From: Balanoglossus misakiensis
Taxonomy: Eukaryota; Animalia; Hemichordata
NCBI GenBank assembly: GCA_040954595.2
Contig: CM082586.2
Coordinates: 12,245,337 to 12,309,336 of the forward strand
DNA: 64,000 nt
Direction of reading: 5' to 3'
Position 1 is the stretch's first letter; each line of letters opens with the position of its first letter. A program made the translations under genes and the position numbers. Below the pieces are notes generated by a model. It saw only the letters and a list, made by a program, of their open reading frames with translations. It was not told the DNA's origin and did not search any database. Shown in pieces: positions 36,553 through 49,420 of the stretch.

Positions 36553-37217
36553 ATTTAGGGGTTATTACACGAATTTTGGTCGATAACGCGTCGTATTCGA
36601 GTGATGTCCGTTTTTGACGAGTTGCGAAGCGAAGTCAAAATACGGACATCACGAGAATGCATTGCGTTATCAACCAAAATTCGTGTAATAACCCCTTTAT
36701 CATACATGCCTACCTATAAAACAGTACAATTTGCGAAAATGCGCCGAGAAAAACGATTTCAAATTTGAACGGGCACCCTGGGATCACGGCAGTAGCCATG
36801 TTGTGACGTATGCATGTGGGCCGTAGTATCATTTTAAGGGGGTTGGCAGCTTTCATTACGATGGGCACATCCGCATTCTAAATAAAATTGTCTACATTCT
36901 CTTTCAAAATATCATGTTAACAATTATTTTGCATTGAGAATTTCGAAGAAGTAAAAATGATAGGTTCAACATGGCAAAACTGCCAGCTTTGAAAACGTTA
37001 TTACAGCTTCTAATAATCGAATTTTACAACACCCCTCTCCACTAGTGTCCTATGCCCCATACGTCGCTCGCACGCGCAGCGAACTGTCGCTCCGCGCGTT
37101 CTCAAAAATAGTTCGAGACGCGGAGTGAAGATATATTGCACTCAGTGTATACCGTAAAATATCTTCGGGGCGAGAACAATGGAAAGTGCCAAATACAGGC
37201 GTTGCATGTATGATAAA
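36553..37217. mobile_element. Hairpin non-autonomous element (Crypton-like)
   Basis: ~140-bp palindrome AGGGGTTATTACACGAATTTTGG...CCAAAATTCGTGTAATAACCCCT, then TTTATCATACATGC paired with GCATGTATGATAAA at ~37204-37217. Confidence 0.7.
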
Positions 37218-37370
37218 GACATTTATATGATGACATTATCACATTCAGTTTGAAGTAAGACAATGAATGATAATTATTTTTGTTTTCTTCTAAGTGTCCC
37301 ATTGATTCATTCAAATGCGGTGATTGTAAGTACAAAATACACACAAATTACTATTTTAACCATGCAGTGT

Positions 37371-37473
37371 TACAGAGGCTTAATGAGGCCACAGGAGTAA
37401 TTTTTTTATTTCATGCCTGTAATAAAAAATTCATGAAATAAAAAAATATATTCCTGTGGCCTCATTAAGCCTC
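37371..37473. repeat. Short palindromic MITE
   Basis: AGAGGCTTAATGAGGCCACAGGA / TCCTGTGGCCTCATTAAGCCTCT arms. Confidence 0.75.
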
Positions 37474-37543
37474 TATACAGTGTTAATAGTGTAATGAATG
37501 ACACCAATTTTTTGATTACGGATTTGATGTTTTGCTTTAGCAG

Positions 37544-37667
37544 TCCATCCCAAACACCTTGTGGAGCACCCATTTGTACGAATGCATCACCAGCTTGTGT
37601 TTTAGACCCCACATCTCTTGGTTTTGACATGGCTGATGTTGAAGTCATCAATAACTTGCATGCAAGG
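37544..37667 (+). pseudogene. PRKDC: DNA-PKcs exon with +1 frameshift
   Basis: SIPNTLWSTHLYECI / ACVLDPTSLGFDMADVEVINNL in different frames; 124 bp between phase-0 sites. Confidence 0.85.
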
Positions 37668-38143
37668 GTAAGTATTATTATAAGAATTTATAACGGTTTT
37701 CCCCATATTTTAAACAAGTGTGTCTGTGTTGTGAATGAGTGATTCCTTTATGGGGGGATTGCAGCTATAAGGGGAATCAATAGTCTGTAACACAGGTACA
37801 CGAGTGAGGACTAATGACGAGAAAGATATGTTTATCACATACATACATCAGCTAATTTTGATTGTCAAATAAAACTTGTTAGGATGAAATTTGGAACTAT
37901 GTTGTGCCAAAATGAAGAGATCAATATTATGCGGTCCCATTTGTCAGGTGCCTTTGTGGAAGAATTTTTTTTTGCAAAGAAATGATGCATAATGAGAATG
38001 GCATGAATTTCCTCTTTAGCATGCTAGTTAAAGGGCCGGGTTTGGAAGTGCTAAGCATTATTTGGTTGAGCTCTCATCCATTCAGACTGGCAGATGGTAG
38101 CATGATATAATATTTATAATTGTTATTTTATCATTGGGAGCAG

Positions 38144-38239
38144 ACTTGACAATTACTGGGACTGCTTGCACAGAAAGCACCTAAGAGTGTTGTGATGGAT
38201 TTGAAAAAAATGTATCCAGAAGATGCTTGGCCAGAAAGG
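38144..38239 (+). pseudogene. PRKDC: DNA-PKcs exon with stop and probable frameshift
   Basis: T*QLLGLLAQKAPKSVVMDLKK; A7 run one base too long for the phase of the next exon. Confidence 0.6.
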
Positions 38240-38302
38240 GTAAGGATTGATAATCATTCAGTGACTCAGAGTGCTAATGAAATGGAATTAAGTCTCTCTG
38301 TT

Positions 38303-38340
<38 letters not shown>
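38303..38340. repeat. (CAT)n microsatellite
   Basis: About 12 tandem CAT units. Confidence 0.95.
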
Positions 38341-38420
38341 AATCTCTGTCATTAGATCCTCATAATCTCTGAGCAAAATAGACCACCAAAATGACAGTGT
38401 CTTATCATTATCTATTACAG

Positions 38421-38559
38421 ACATGATGATATTCTCCTGATTACACCATCTTTACTGAAAGGCAGTGAGAAGGATGTTAACGTTATCAAACTGATCCAAA
38501 TGGTATCAGAATATGAACAGCTTCACAAGGCAAACTTGCTTCCAGCGTTGCAACAAAAG
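38421..38559 (+). pseudogene. PRKDC: DNA-PKcs exon
   Basis: ...KLIQMVSEYEQLHKANLLPALQQK, resembling KQLHRAGLL; ttacag/gtcagt. Confidence 0.75.
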
Positions 38560-39274
38560 GTCAGTTACTGAATAAGCCAAAGATGAGGGAGTTCTTAAAC
38601 CCCGGTGCGTAAAAGGCCGGGGATTCGGATTAACGTGTGTTTGTATAGTTGTTTATTTGGGAGTGGTCATCGTGCATAACAACTGTGTAATTGATCTCAT
38701 GTACATTGAAAATAATTGAACACCTTACAACTCCATGCGATTGACAGCTGTTTGAATTGCGTGGCCATTGTTTCCCAGGGACGCGATCCATTGTTCTGAA
38801 AAGCACTGAAACCAGATTTCTCCCAAAATCATTGTTGTTTCCAAAGCTCGTTTACTTTTTCGTCGATAACTTTATGTTGGACTGCAAACTTGTGCCAGTA
38901 TTTAGCAGTATTTATTTTCTGTCATATGCAGAACAAGTGATAATCTCTAGCCTTTTACTTAGATATTTCCACAGGCTGGATAATGTTATTTCTGATTGAT
39001 TTGATTTGGTTCTGTTTGTGGAATCATGAACAATATCAGACACGAATAAAACACACCTTTTTTCAACAAGCTTCCTGTGGAAAATAAACTCTTGTAACAC
39101 AGCAACCGGGAAAGTTACAATACATACGGAGCTTTAGCCTTTACAATACAAGCTTATGTGATCCAGGAATGTAAAAACGCCTTCATAATAAGCCAGATAA
39201 CATTTACCAGTATGCCCTTTTCTGATTTTGGATATATTACAAAGTAAATGGCAATATTTTTATTCACACTGCAG

Positions 39275-39436
39275 GGAGGTATCACTGGTGATAAACTGTC
39301 CTACAAGTTGTTGACTGCTGTGTTTGAGAGCATTGCTACAAAGACAGGCAACTCACTTATCCCTGTCCATCTTTCACCAACCCCACACGGACTGGCTACC
39401 AGACTCCTAGGGCTGGCTTTCCTACAAGCTAATCAG
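39275..39436 (+). pseudogene. PRKDC: DNA-PKcs exon
   Basis: KLSYKLLTAVFESIA...GLATRLLGLAF, resembling ELLSLVYKGIA...QLASGLLELAF; 162 bp phase 0. Confidence 0.8.
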
Positions 39437-39451
39437 GTAATGATATTCAGA

Positions 39452-39705
39452 AGTAAAGAAACTCATGGCCTTACCCTGGAGTACATTTCTAACATGGTTA
39501 ATCAATATACCCCTTCTCGCAACTTAAGGTCTCAGGAAAAGAACCTTCTGACAACAACACAGTACAAGCAAGTCAATTGTGGACGTGCATTTTCTTATGC
39601 TACTGCAAAGCTATAGAACTCACAGCTTAATGAGATTTGACTAGCACCCAATCTTGAGTCTTATAAGATAAAACTGAAGACATATTTCTTTGAAAAAGCC
39701 TACAG
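39452..39705 (+). mobile_element. L2-type LINE 3' end fragment
   Basis: HGLTLEYISNMVNQYTPSRNLRSQ..GRAFSYATAKL*NS...KLKTYFFEKAY. Confidence 0.75.
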
Positions 39706-39773
39706 TGTGTGAACAACCATTGGCCGCCACTGAACAGTAAATCTGGATATTACCGGCATATAAATGTTTTTGA

Positions 39774-39909
39774 TTAGGTCCCATTGGTATGTACCATGGG
39801 ACCTTATGGAATAGGTTACGTCTGTATGTATGTATGTATGTATGTATGTATGTATGTATGTATGTATGTATGTATGCATGCATGCATGCATGTATGTATG
39901 TATGTAACA

Positions 39910-39940
<31 letters not shown>

Positions 39941-40459
39941 TGTATGTATGTATGTATGTGTGTATGTCTGGATATCTGTATGTCCGTCCACATCAAAAAC
40001 TTAAAAAACCTGCGTGTATCACCTTGATATTTGGTGTGCAGATGCAGGCTGGGCTGTAGATGGGAGTTCGTTCAAATGAAGTTGTCATTGCCAAAAATAT
40101 GCAAATTAGCTGGGAAACTGTGAATTTGGTCAAAACTCAGTAACTCAAGAACTACTGGTCAGATTGCTTTATGAAGTGGTGTGTATTTACTTTATTGAGT
40201 TGTTTATATACACAGCAAATTCCTGAATGATTACATAACTGGCTAAGTTTTAAAGAGACCAGCTGTTCTATTTAGTGTATGTACAGTACAAATGCCATTG
40301 GCAGCTTATGGGTCAGTCAGTGCTTGCCCATTGATCTCTCGCTATGTGTGTGTGTGTGTGGGTGTCTGTCTGTCTGTATATGTGAAAAAGTGTACTCCGG
40401 TGTACACTTTTTCTTGTGCAATTCCTCAATGCGACCATTGTGTCCTTGACACGATTTTT
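39774..40459 (+). mobile_element. HINE-like element family A with expanded (GTAT)n
   Basis: Same termini and body as 32517-33130; microsatellite 39822-39960. Confidence 0.8.
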
Positions 40460-40502
40460 GATTGATTGATTAATTGAACTTTGTCATGTTGTTATAATAT
40501 TC

Positions 40503-41163
40503 ATTATTACACCTCATGTATTATACCGTATTCATGATTGGCTGAGACGCGCTCACGTGATATAGAAGAAAAAGTGATATAACATGGCTAGAGTCGATAA
40601 AGCCCTGTCGCGTGCGCTGATATTGGCCGCTGAGTTGTTTTGGTGTTCTGCGTACGACTTCTGCGCGTACTAACTGTCGTTCAATGGCTTCCTTCATGAT
40701 CAGTCAACTCCCGCATCTATGGCTTCAAAGCGACACATAAGCTTAATACCTGTTCAAATGGACGATATTTTATTGCAAACGGACAGTAAATACACCAAAA
40801 TCGCAACCAACAGTGCAGTATCCTCAAAATTGTCTGAGTTCGAAGTAGGTATAGTTCTTGGGAGATCAAGACATTTTACATTCTCAGCAACGTACGACAT
40901 ACGGACGTGAGTCTACGTACTTCTATGCTGTAGTGTATATATGTTCAAATGTTCGGCGTAATAAAATTAATAGCACATGATGCTTCGGCAACATCACGAT
41001 TTGAATCCTGCCCTTGGGCTGGTGCTCTCTGACCACAATATTGATGATACCCTCGCCTACGGCTTGCCTGCGGCTCGGGCATCATCAATATTGTGGTCAG
41101 AGAGCACCATCCCTCGTGCAGGCTTCAAATCGTGATATTGCTCTCTCTATCATGTGTTATTAT
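40503..41163. mobile_element. Hairpin non-autonomous element (Crypton-like)
   Basis: TTATTACACC / GGCGTAATAA short IR, followed by ~195-bp palindrome 40967-41163 centred on CGCCTACGGC. Confidence 0.65.
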
Positions 41164-44100
41164 TGGGGGCACAAGCGCCCTCAGGCGGCTTGTGCCCCCA
41201 TTGTTATTGTTGGAATATTTAGGGCCCAAGCCCAGCAGGCTTGGGCCCTATTGGTATTACTGGGGTTTTTTAGGGCCCAAGCGCATGCAGCGCTTGGGCC
41301 CTATTGTTATTATCCTGTTTTTTTAGGGCACAAGCCCAGCAGGCTTGTGCCCTATTGGTATTACTGGCTTTTTTCTTCTACTTCTTCTTCTTCTTCTGTC
41401 GTTTTCTTTGGTGAGGTAGATCTGGAAAACTGCTAAACCTACCAATTTAAAACTTGGCACAATGGTGCAGGCCAATGAGAGCTAGTGCAGTACCATTGTG
41501 AATGTTTAATTAGTCACGTGACCTGATGACCATATATGGGCAAATTTTTCAAATCGGCCTTATTTGCATATGAATGGAGATATCAAAATTATTTTAGCAA
41601 CTTTTGCGGACCATGTGGTCAGTGTCCTACATGCCAAATGTCAAGGACATTGGCCATGCCAATTTTGAGAAGAAGATTTTTAAGTATTATTTTTCATATT
41701 TTTTGACCAAGCCATGGGCCTATACTTTCCATAGTAAAGCTAAGACCACATATTATTTTGGATATATATGCATACATATCTCAAAATCTGTTTGGCCAAT
41801 CATCTCCAACTTTGGTGTGCAGCTAGCCTAGCATTTGTCAATAATTTTAAGCGGAAAAAAATAGTATGAAAAATCGACTGATTTTTTTATATTAATTTTT
41901 TTATGAAATTTATACCTTTAATTATACCTCTATGGTTAAGCTATGTCCATGTCTTATTGTGGAATTCTGGTCTGTGCAATAGTCCTGTACAGTGACTGTC
42001 TTGTGGTCAGTGAGCACAATGGCACCAAAATAAAAGGCACAATTTTAGGCTCACCTGTAACACCTGCTTAACTCATTAATTATGTGCGTACCTAATTCTG
42101 GGCTAACTAAGAGGGCTAGAGGTTTCGTTCTTGTTGGACATGGACCAGTATAGGGTCAAAATTTCTTGCCCAAATTTTGTATGACCTCAGGTGACCTTTG
42201 ACCTACTTTTCTATATCTCGCCATCCAGAGCAGGTACAGACTTGGCGTTTGTAGGGTTGGGACAAAAATTGAAAAGCAAAAATAGGGGTCACCTGTGACA
42301 CCTGCATATCTCATTAATTATGTGCATACCTAATTCCAGGCTAACCAATAGGGCTATAGGTTTGATTTTTGTTGAACATGGACCAGTATAGGGTCAAAAT
42401 TTCTTACCCAAATTTTGCATGAACTCAGGTGACCTTTGACCTACTTTACCATATCTTGGCATCCAGAGCAGATATGCTTATTGCTATGTTGCTATGTGCT
42501 ATGTTGGCTTGGGCCCGCTATTGCTGCTTGCAGCTATATTTTTAGGGCCCAAGCCCAGCAGGCTTGGGCCCTATTGGTATTACTGGCTTTTTAGGGCCCA
42601 AGCCCAGCAGGCTTGGGCCCTATTGTTTTTACTGGAGTTTTTAGGGCCCAAGCCCAGCAGGCTTGGGCCCTATTGGTATTACTGGCTTTTTTCTTCTACT
42701 TCTTCTTCTTTTTCTTCTTCTGTCGTTTTCTTTGGCGAGGTAGATCTGGAAAACTGCTAAACCTACCAATTTCAAACTTGGCACAATGGTGCAGGCCAAT
42801 GAGAGCTAGTGCAGTACCCTTGTGAATGTTAAATTAGTCACGTGACCTGATGACCATATATGGGCAAAATTTCCAAATCGGCCTTATTTGCATATGAATG
42901 GAGATATCAAAATTCTTTTAGCAACTTTTGCGGACCATGTGGTCAGTGTCCTACATGCCAAATGTCAAGGCCATTGGTCATTCCAATTTTGAGAAGAAGA
43001 TTTTTAAGTATTATTTTTCATATTTTTTACCAAGCCATGGGCCTATACTTTCCATAGTAAAGCCATGACCACATATTATTTTTAGGGCACAAGCCCCACA
43101 GGCTTGTGCCCTATTGGTATTGTTGGCTTTTTAGGGCCCAAGCCCAGCAGGCTTGGGCCCTATTGTTTTTACTGGAGTTTTTCTTTTTCTTCTTCTTCTT
43201 CTTCTTCTTCTGTCGTTTTTTCGGCCAGGTAGATCTGGAAAACGGCTAAACCTACCAATTTCAAACTTGGCACAATGGTGCAGGTCAATGAGAGCTAGTG
43301 CAGTACCCTTGTGAATGTTTAATTAGTCATGTGACCTGATGACCATATATGGGCAAAATTTTCAAATTGGCCTTATTTGCATATGAATGGACATATCAAA
43401 ATTCTTTTAGCAAGTTTAACGGACCATATGGCCAGGGTTCTACATGCCAAATGTCAAGGCCATAGGCCATGTCAATTTTGATAAGAAGATTTTTAAGTAT
43501 TATTTTTCATATTTTTCGCCCAAGCCATGGGCCTATACCTTACATAGTAAAGCTATGAACACATATTATTTTGGATAAATATGCATACATATCTCAAAAT
43601 CTGTAAGGCCGATCATCTCCAACTTTGGTGTGCAGCAAGCCTAGCATTTGTCAATAATTTTAAGCAAAAAAAAAATAATATGAAAAATCGACCGATTTTT
43701 TTATATTAATTTTTTTATTAAATTTATACCTTTACTTATACCTCTATGGTTAAGCTATGTCCATGACTTATTGTGGAATTCTGGTCAGTGCAATAGTCCT
43801 GTACAGTGAGTGTCTATTGGTCAGTGAGCACAATGGCACCAAAAAAAAAAGGCAAAATTTTAGGCTCACCTGTAACACCTGCTTAACTCATTAATTATGT
43901 GCATACCTAATTCTGGGCTAACTAAGAGGGCTAGAGGTTTCGTTCTTGTGGGACATGGACCAGTATAGGGTCAAAATTTCTTGCCCAAATTTGGGGTGAC
44001 CTCAGGTGACCTTTGACCTACTTTCCTATATCTCGGCATCCAGAGCAGGTACAGACTTGGCGTTTGGAGGGTTGGGACTAAAGTTGAAAAGCCAAAATAG

Positions 44101-45986
44101 GGGTCACCTGTGACACCTGCATATCTCATTAATTATGTGCATACCTAATTCCAGGCTAACCAATAGGGCTATAGGTTTGGTTTTTGTTGAACGTGGACCA
44201 GTATAGGGTCAAAATTTATTGCCCAAATTTTGCATGACCTCAGGTGACCTTTGACCTACTTTACCATATCTTGGCATCCAGAGCAGATACAGAATTGGCG
44301 TTTGGATGGTTGGGACTAAAATTGAAAAGCCAAATTGGGGGGTCACCTGTGACACCTGCCTACCTCATTAATTATGTGCATACCTAATTCCAGGCTAACC
44401 AATAGGGCTATAGGTTTGGTTTTTGATGAACATGGACCAGTATAGGGTCAACATTTCTCGCCCAAATTATGCATGACCTCAGGTGACCTTTGACCTACTT
44501 TTCCATATCTTGGCATCCAGAGCAGATATGCTTATTGCTATGTTGCTATGTGCTATGTTGGCTTGGGCCCGCCATTGCTGCTTGCAGCTATATTTTCTTC
44601 TACTTCTTCTTGGGCACTTTTTTTGGCCAGGTAGATCTGAAAAACTGCTGAACCCACAAATCTCAAATTTGGCACAATGGTGCAGGCCAATGAGAGCTGG
44701 TGCAGTACCCTCGTGAATGTTCAATAAGTCATGTGACCTGATGACCATATATGGGCAAAATTTTCAAATTGGCCTTATTTGCATATGCACGGAGATATCA
44801 AAATTCTTTTAGCAACTTTTGTGAACCATGTGGTCAGGGTTCTACATGCCAAATGTCAAGGCCATAGGCCTTGTCAATTTTGAGAAGAAGATTTTTAAGT
44901 ATTATTTTTCATATTTTTCGGCCAAGCCATCGGCCTATACTATACATAGTTAAGCTTTGACCACATTTTATTTTGGATGAATATGCAGTCATATCTCAAA
45001 ATATGTTGGGCCGATCAACTCCAAGTTTGGTGTGCAGGTAGCTTAGCATTTGCCAATAATTTTAAGCCAAAAAAATTAATATGAAAAATCGACCGATTTT
45101 TTTATATTAATTTTATTATGAAATTTATACCTTTACTTATACCTCTATGATTAAGCTATGTCCACGTCTTATTGTAGAATTCTGGTCTGTGCAATGTTCC
45201 TGTACACTGACTGTCTATTGGCCCGTGCGCAGAATGGGACCAAAATAAAAGGCAAAATTTTGGGCTCACCTGTAACACCTGCTTAAATCATTAATTATGC
45301 ACATACCTCATTCCGGGCTAACTAATAGGGCTAGAGGTATTGTTCTTGTGTGACAAGGACTAGTATGGGGTCAAAAATGTTTACCAAATTTTCGGTGACC
45401 TCAGGTGACCTTTGACATACATTCCTATATCTCGGCATCCAGAGCAGGTACAGACTTGGCGTTTGGAGGGTTGTGACTAAAATTGAAAAGCCAAAATGGG
45501 GATCACCTGTGACACCTGCATATCTCATTAATTATGTGCATACCTAATTCCAGGCTAACCAGTAGAGCTATAGGTTTGGTTTTTGTTGAACATGGACCAG
45601 TATAAGGTCAAAATTTCTTGCCCAAATTTTGCATGACCTCAGGTAACCTTTGACCTACTTTATCATATCTTGGCCTCCAGAGCAGGTACAGACTTGGCGT
45701 TTGGAGGGTTGGGACTAAAATTGAAAAGCCAAAATTTGGGGTCACCTGTGACACCTGCATATCTCATTAATTATGTGCATACCTAATTCCAGGCTAACCA
45801 ATAGGGCTATAGGTTTGGTTTTTGTTGAACATGGACCAGTATAGGGTCAAAATTTCTTGCCCAAATTTTGCATGACCTCAGGTGACCTTTGACCTACTTT
45901 TCCATATCTTGGCATCCAGAGCAGATATGCTTATTGCTATGTTGCTATGTGCTATGTTGGCTTGGGACCGCTATTGCTGCTTGCAG
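41161..45986 (+). mobile_element. Nested array of HINE-like family B elements with internal ~240-bp tandem repeats
   Basis: Repeated heads TAGGGCCCAAGCCCAGCAGGCTTGGGCCCTA; tails GCTTGGGCCC...GCTGCTTGCAGC at ~42535, ~44590, ~45986; (CTT)n; four bodies. Confidence 0.85.
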
Positions 45987-46164
45987 ATCTGCTTGCAATG
46001 TCACCTGTAATTTTTATTCTGGTGTGTCACTGTTTCCGAATAATCCTCAAATGGGACCACAGTGTCCTTGACGCTATTTTTTGTGATTTAATTGGTATGC
46101 AAGATAATTTTTTTGTCATGAAACTTTCAGGAAAGGCTCGGAACATCCAAAAGAACAATTTAAC

Positions 46165-48510
46165 AATCGCGCGATCGCGCGTCCTGGAGAAAACACTGAA
46201 GTTGATTTCCGGGTTCGAAAATTACGAAAAAAAAGCCTCGACGCGCATCAGTCTGCACGATAGCCTCAACTTCCGGTACCTATGAATGCCGGGTAATATC
46301 CGCAACAGAGGCGTTATCCATGCGTGTAATTGAAAGTAAACAAAAGCCAGCGATATTGGCGAATTTAAGTTGCGGTTTTCTCGTAAACTAGAGAATGACT
46401 TTACTATTATGAGGATGGGAGGTGTCGACTGCATGTCTGACGAACGTTGTACAGTAATTTGTTGTTAAATATACATTTTTCAAAACATGTTTTTTTTACT
46501 CTGAATTAAGGTTGGTAAAATTCCTTAATTTGAAGCATACTCGACTTTCAACATTTGTACTTTTTGGTCTAAAGACGGTATTGCCGACTTATGTGGATTA
46601 AACTTACCTCCGTATGTAAATAAACGAAAATCAGGTCAACTGGGTTCACTGAACGCGCTTGCTGTCGGCAGAAATGTAGCCAATTTACGTTAGTCGATAT
46701 TGGGCAAAATCCGGATATTTTGTCAATTTTAGGGCAAAATCTTGGTCTTGGCGTCAACTCTGTGCAAAAAAGGCTGCTACTATCGTGTTCGGGAAGTCAT
46801 GGACTGTCCCGGTAAGCGGGTCCTATGATGCTGCCGGTTCCGTAGGATTCCTCAGCGCGTGACCAAATAGAGAGTGCATTTCCAGGGGGATTTACAGGCA
46901 TCTCTTTGATATGTTGTACTTTTTCGTCTAAAAATCATATCAGCAATCTTGTATGAAAAATATGCCCTTCTGATATTACCTTTCATTCAAAAATAGTCAA
47001 ATGTGCAGTCAAATGCTAAGATGTGCCCGTAGGATAATATAAATATGAGGAAAAATATAGAAAATGCTATTATTTTCGAGTCCATTTTGTTCGAACGTTT
47101 GAGCCATTAGGAGAGTGCAAACCCCTACACCGACACATGGTTTACTCCAGGGATCTTTCAGCTTTAAAATGCAACACTCTCGGTTTACCGCCTACCCAGA
47201 TTTTGTTTTGGAACGCGTGAGTTTGAAGACATCCATAAAAAACATTGATTGACACACGCCGGATTTCAGTCATGTGAGCATTTAGCGCCGCATTGTCCAA
47301 TCCAGTTTTATTTTCTTGAATGCAGCATGTCATTTGTCACTCCCCATAAAGTTTTGCGTTGGCAGATATGCCCCAATATGGTAAAAAATGGGCGTAAAAG
47401 TCAAGTCTGGTGACATGGCGGGAAATTCTCACGTGTGCAGATCAACTCAATAATAATGTCATGTGATACCATAGAGCTGCGTCTATTGGTGGAAAGTGGC
47501 AGGTCATGCATAATGAGCGTCTGTCTACGGTAGATCATTTGCTCATTCATCTGAGGCAGACTAATACGGAAGTATCTCCTCGGTGTTCTTAGCTAATTGT
47601 ACTTTAGTTCGGGTTGAATTTAGAGGTAAACGTATGGCAATGCATGTTTTTAATCACAGATCAGTCATAACTCTGCTTGTTTGGGCCATGTTTTTCATCT
47701 GAGCCTCCAGAACACCGGGTCCACAGCCACTGTTGTATACGATCGATGGACAAGTGCGTGCGGTTACAAAGTAGGCATTTTTGTCTAGGCTAGCGTTTTT
47801 TTTTCTCTCTCCATTTGTTTTTCTTCATTGGAGAGTTAATTAGTTTCGATAGATAATTCGCTTGGTGTCATATCTATGGTGTAAACCATTTAGGATAAAA
47901 ATTACATGTTTAAAAAATTCAGTATGTATGCATGAATTGAGTGATTATTTGAGGAACCTATTCAAATCTGGTTCACAGTCATTTCTTTCATTTCATGGCA
48001 AGACCACGCCAAATAGAAGAACAAAAAAATCAGAAAAAGTTTCAGATGTTCCAAGTATAACAGAAAGTGGGTCAGTGCGAGGACAAGAGTCCTTGAAATT
48101 GTCACACTTCGTGCCGCGTACTTCGTGTTGACATGAATTTGGCGGAAGTGTAAAGCATTTGTGTGTAGGGTTGGCAAAATTAAGCGCATGGATTGGTATG
48201 CGTACAGAGGTTGTCAGCGTTCGCAAATCATTGCGAAAATATTTAGTTTGCGTATAAAGTTTACAAAAATATCAATTTATGATAGAAATTGTTCACGCAA
48301 TGTAAAAAAAATAATTGATCTTGATGCATGAAAATTTGCGCCTACCCATGTAAAAAATGGTTTGTCGGACGATGACGAACATGCCAATAACTCGATCACA
48401 GTCAATCAAATCACTGGTACCAGACACGCCCTAATCGAGGGGTTATCGTGCAGACTGCATGTTTAAAAGTGACGCGCGAGAGGACGCTAAACAAACTCTT
48501 TTTTTTGGCC
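46165..48510 (-). mobile_element. Zator-like element 5' end (GGCC terminus), interrupted by a nested element
   Basis: 46165-46248 plus 48458-48510 is the reverse complement of 50580-50720. Confidence 0.65.
46249..48457. mobile_element. Non-autonomous TIR element, Academ-like termini
   Basis: TIR CAGTCTGCACGATA(G/A)CC; 3-bp TSD CAT; no convincing ORF. Confidence 0.8.
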
Positions 48511-48882
48511 TTATGTAATCATTCAGGAATTTGCTGTGTTTTGAAACACAGGAGGGAGTTCCTGCCTAATTAAAACAACTCAATAAAGTAAATACACAAT
48601 CTGACCAGTAGTTCTTGAGTTACTGAGTTTTGACCAAATTCACATTTGTCTAGCTAATTTGCATATTTTTGGCAATGACAACTTCATTTGAACAAACTCC
48701 CATCTACAGCCCAGCCTGCATCTGCACACCAAATATCGAGGTTATACGCGCAGCGGTTTTCAAGTTTTTGATGTGGACGGACATACAGACATACATCCAT
48801 CCATACATCCATACATCCATCCATACATACATACAGACGCAACCGATCCCATAAGGTCCCATGGTGAAAACCAATGGGACCT
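48511..48882 (-). mobile_element. 5' half of a HINE family A element, inverted
   Basis: Reverse complement of family A 5' half, ending at ...GATTACATAA; its 3' half continues at 51899. Confidence 0.8.
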
Positions 48883-49184
48883 GACAACGGATTCGGACCA
48901 AACTACGGTGGTTAAAGAATTTAACAATGTGTTCAACTTAATTCAGAAGCATGCATTCTCACCTACAGAAATCAATCTAGCCTTAGCATGCCAAACTTGT
49001 CATTACATATGCTACAAGCTCCTTTCTTGGCTAAATGCCGACATGGGTTTGAATAGTTACACCACGAAAAAGGGAATTCTCATGTATTATTGCAATTCAC
49101 AATTATTGTCTAGTGTAATGACCTGTAAAACTTTTAGGCAGAGACTTCCTAAGGAGATATACATTTTGATGCAATACCTCCTTG

Positions 49185-49420
49185 TAGTGCAGGAGCTAAC
49201 CCCACATTTTGGCATAATTGTGCACTTTGGGTTAAAAGCATAAAACTTGGTACACTTATGCATTGACCCGTGGCGGCTGTTTTCTGATATGGATCCAAAA
49301 TTACAGCGCCCTCTAGTGGCCAGAAAAAGACATTCATACTTAAAAATTGTGCACTTTGGGTTAAAAGCATGAAATTTGGTACAATTATTCATTGACCCAT
49401 GGCGGACATTTTCCAATATG
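49185..49420. mobile_element. Truncated third copy of the TAGTG Academ-like element
   Basis: Matches 54459-54694. Confidence 0.85.

Noticed and set aside
39641-40059. HTYI/MYVC-repeat ORFs (also at ~32.4 kb and ~48.7 kb)
   Set aside because: Translations of (GTAT)n/(GGAT)n microsatellites in HINE elements
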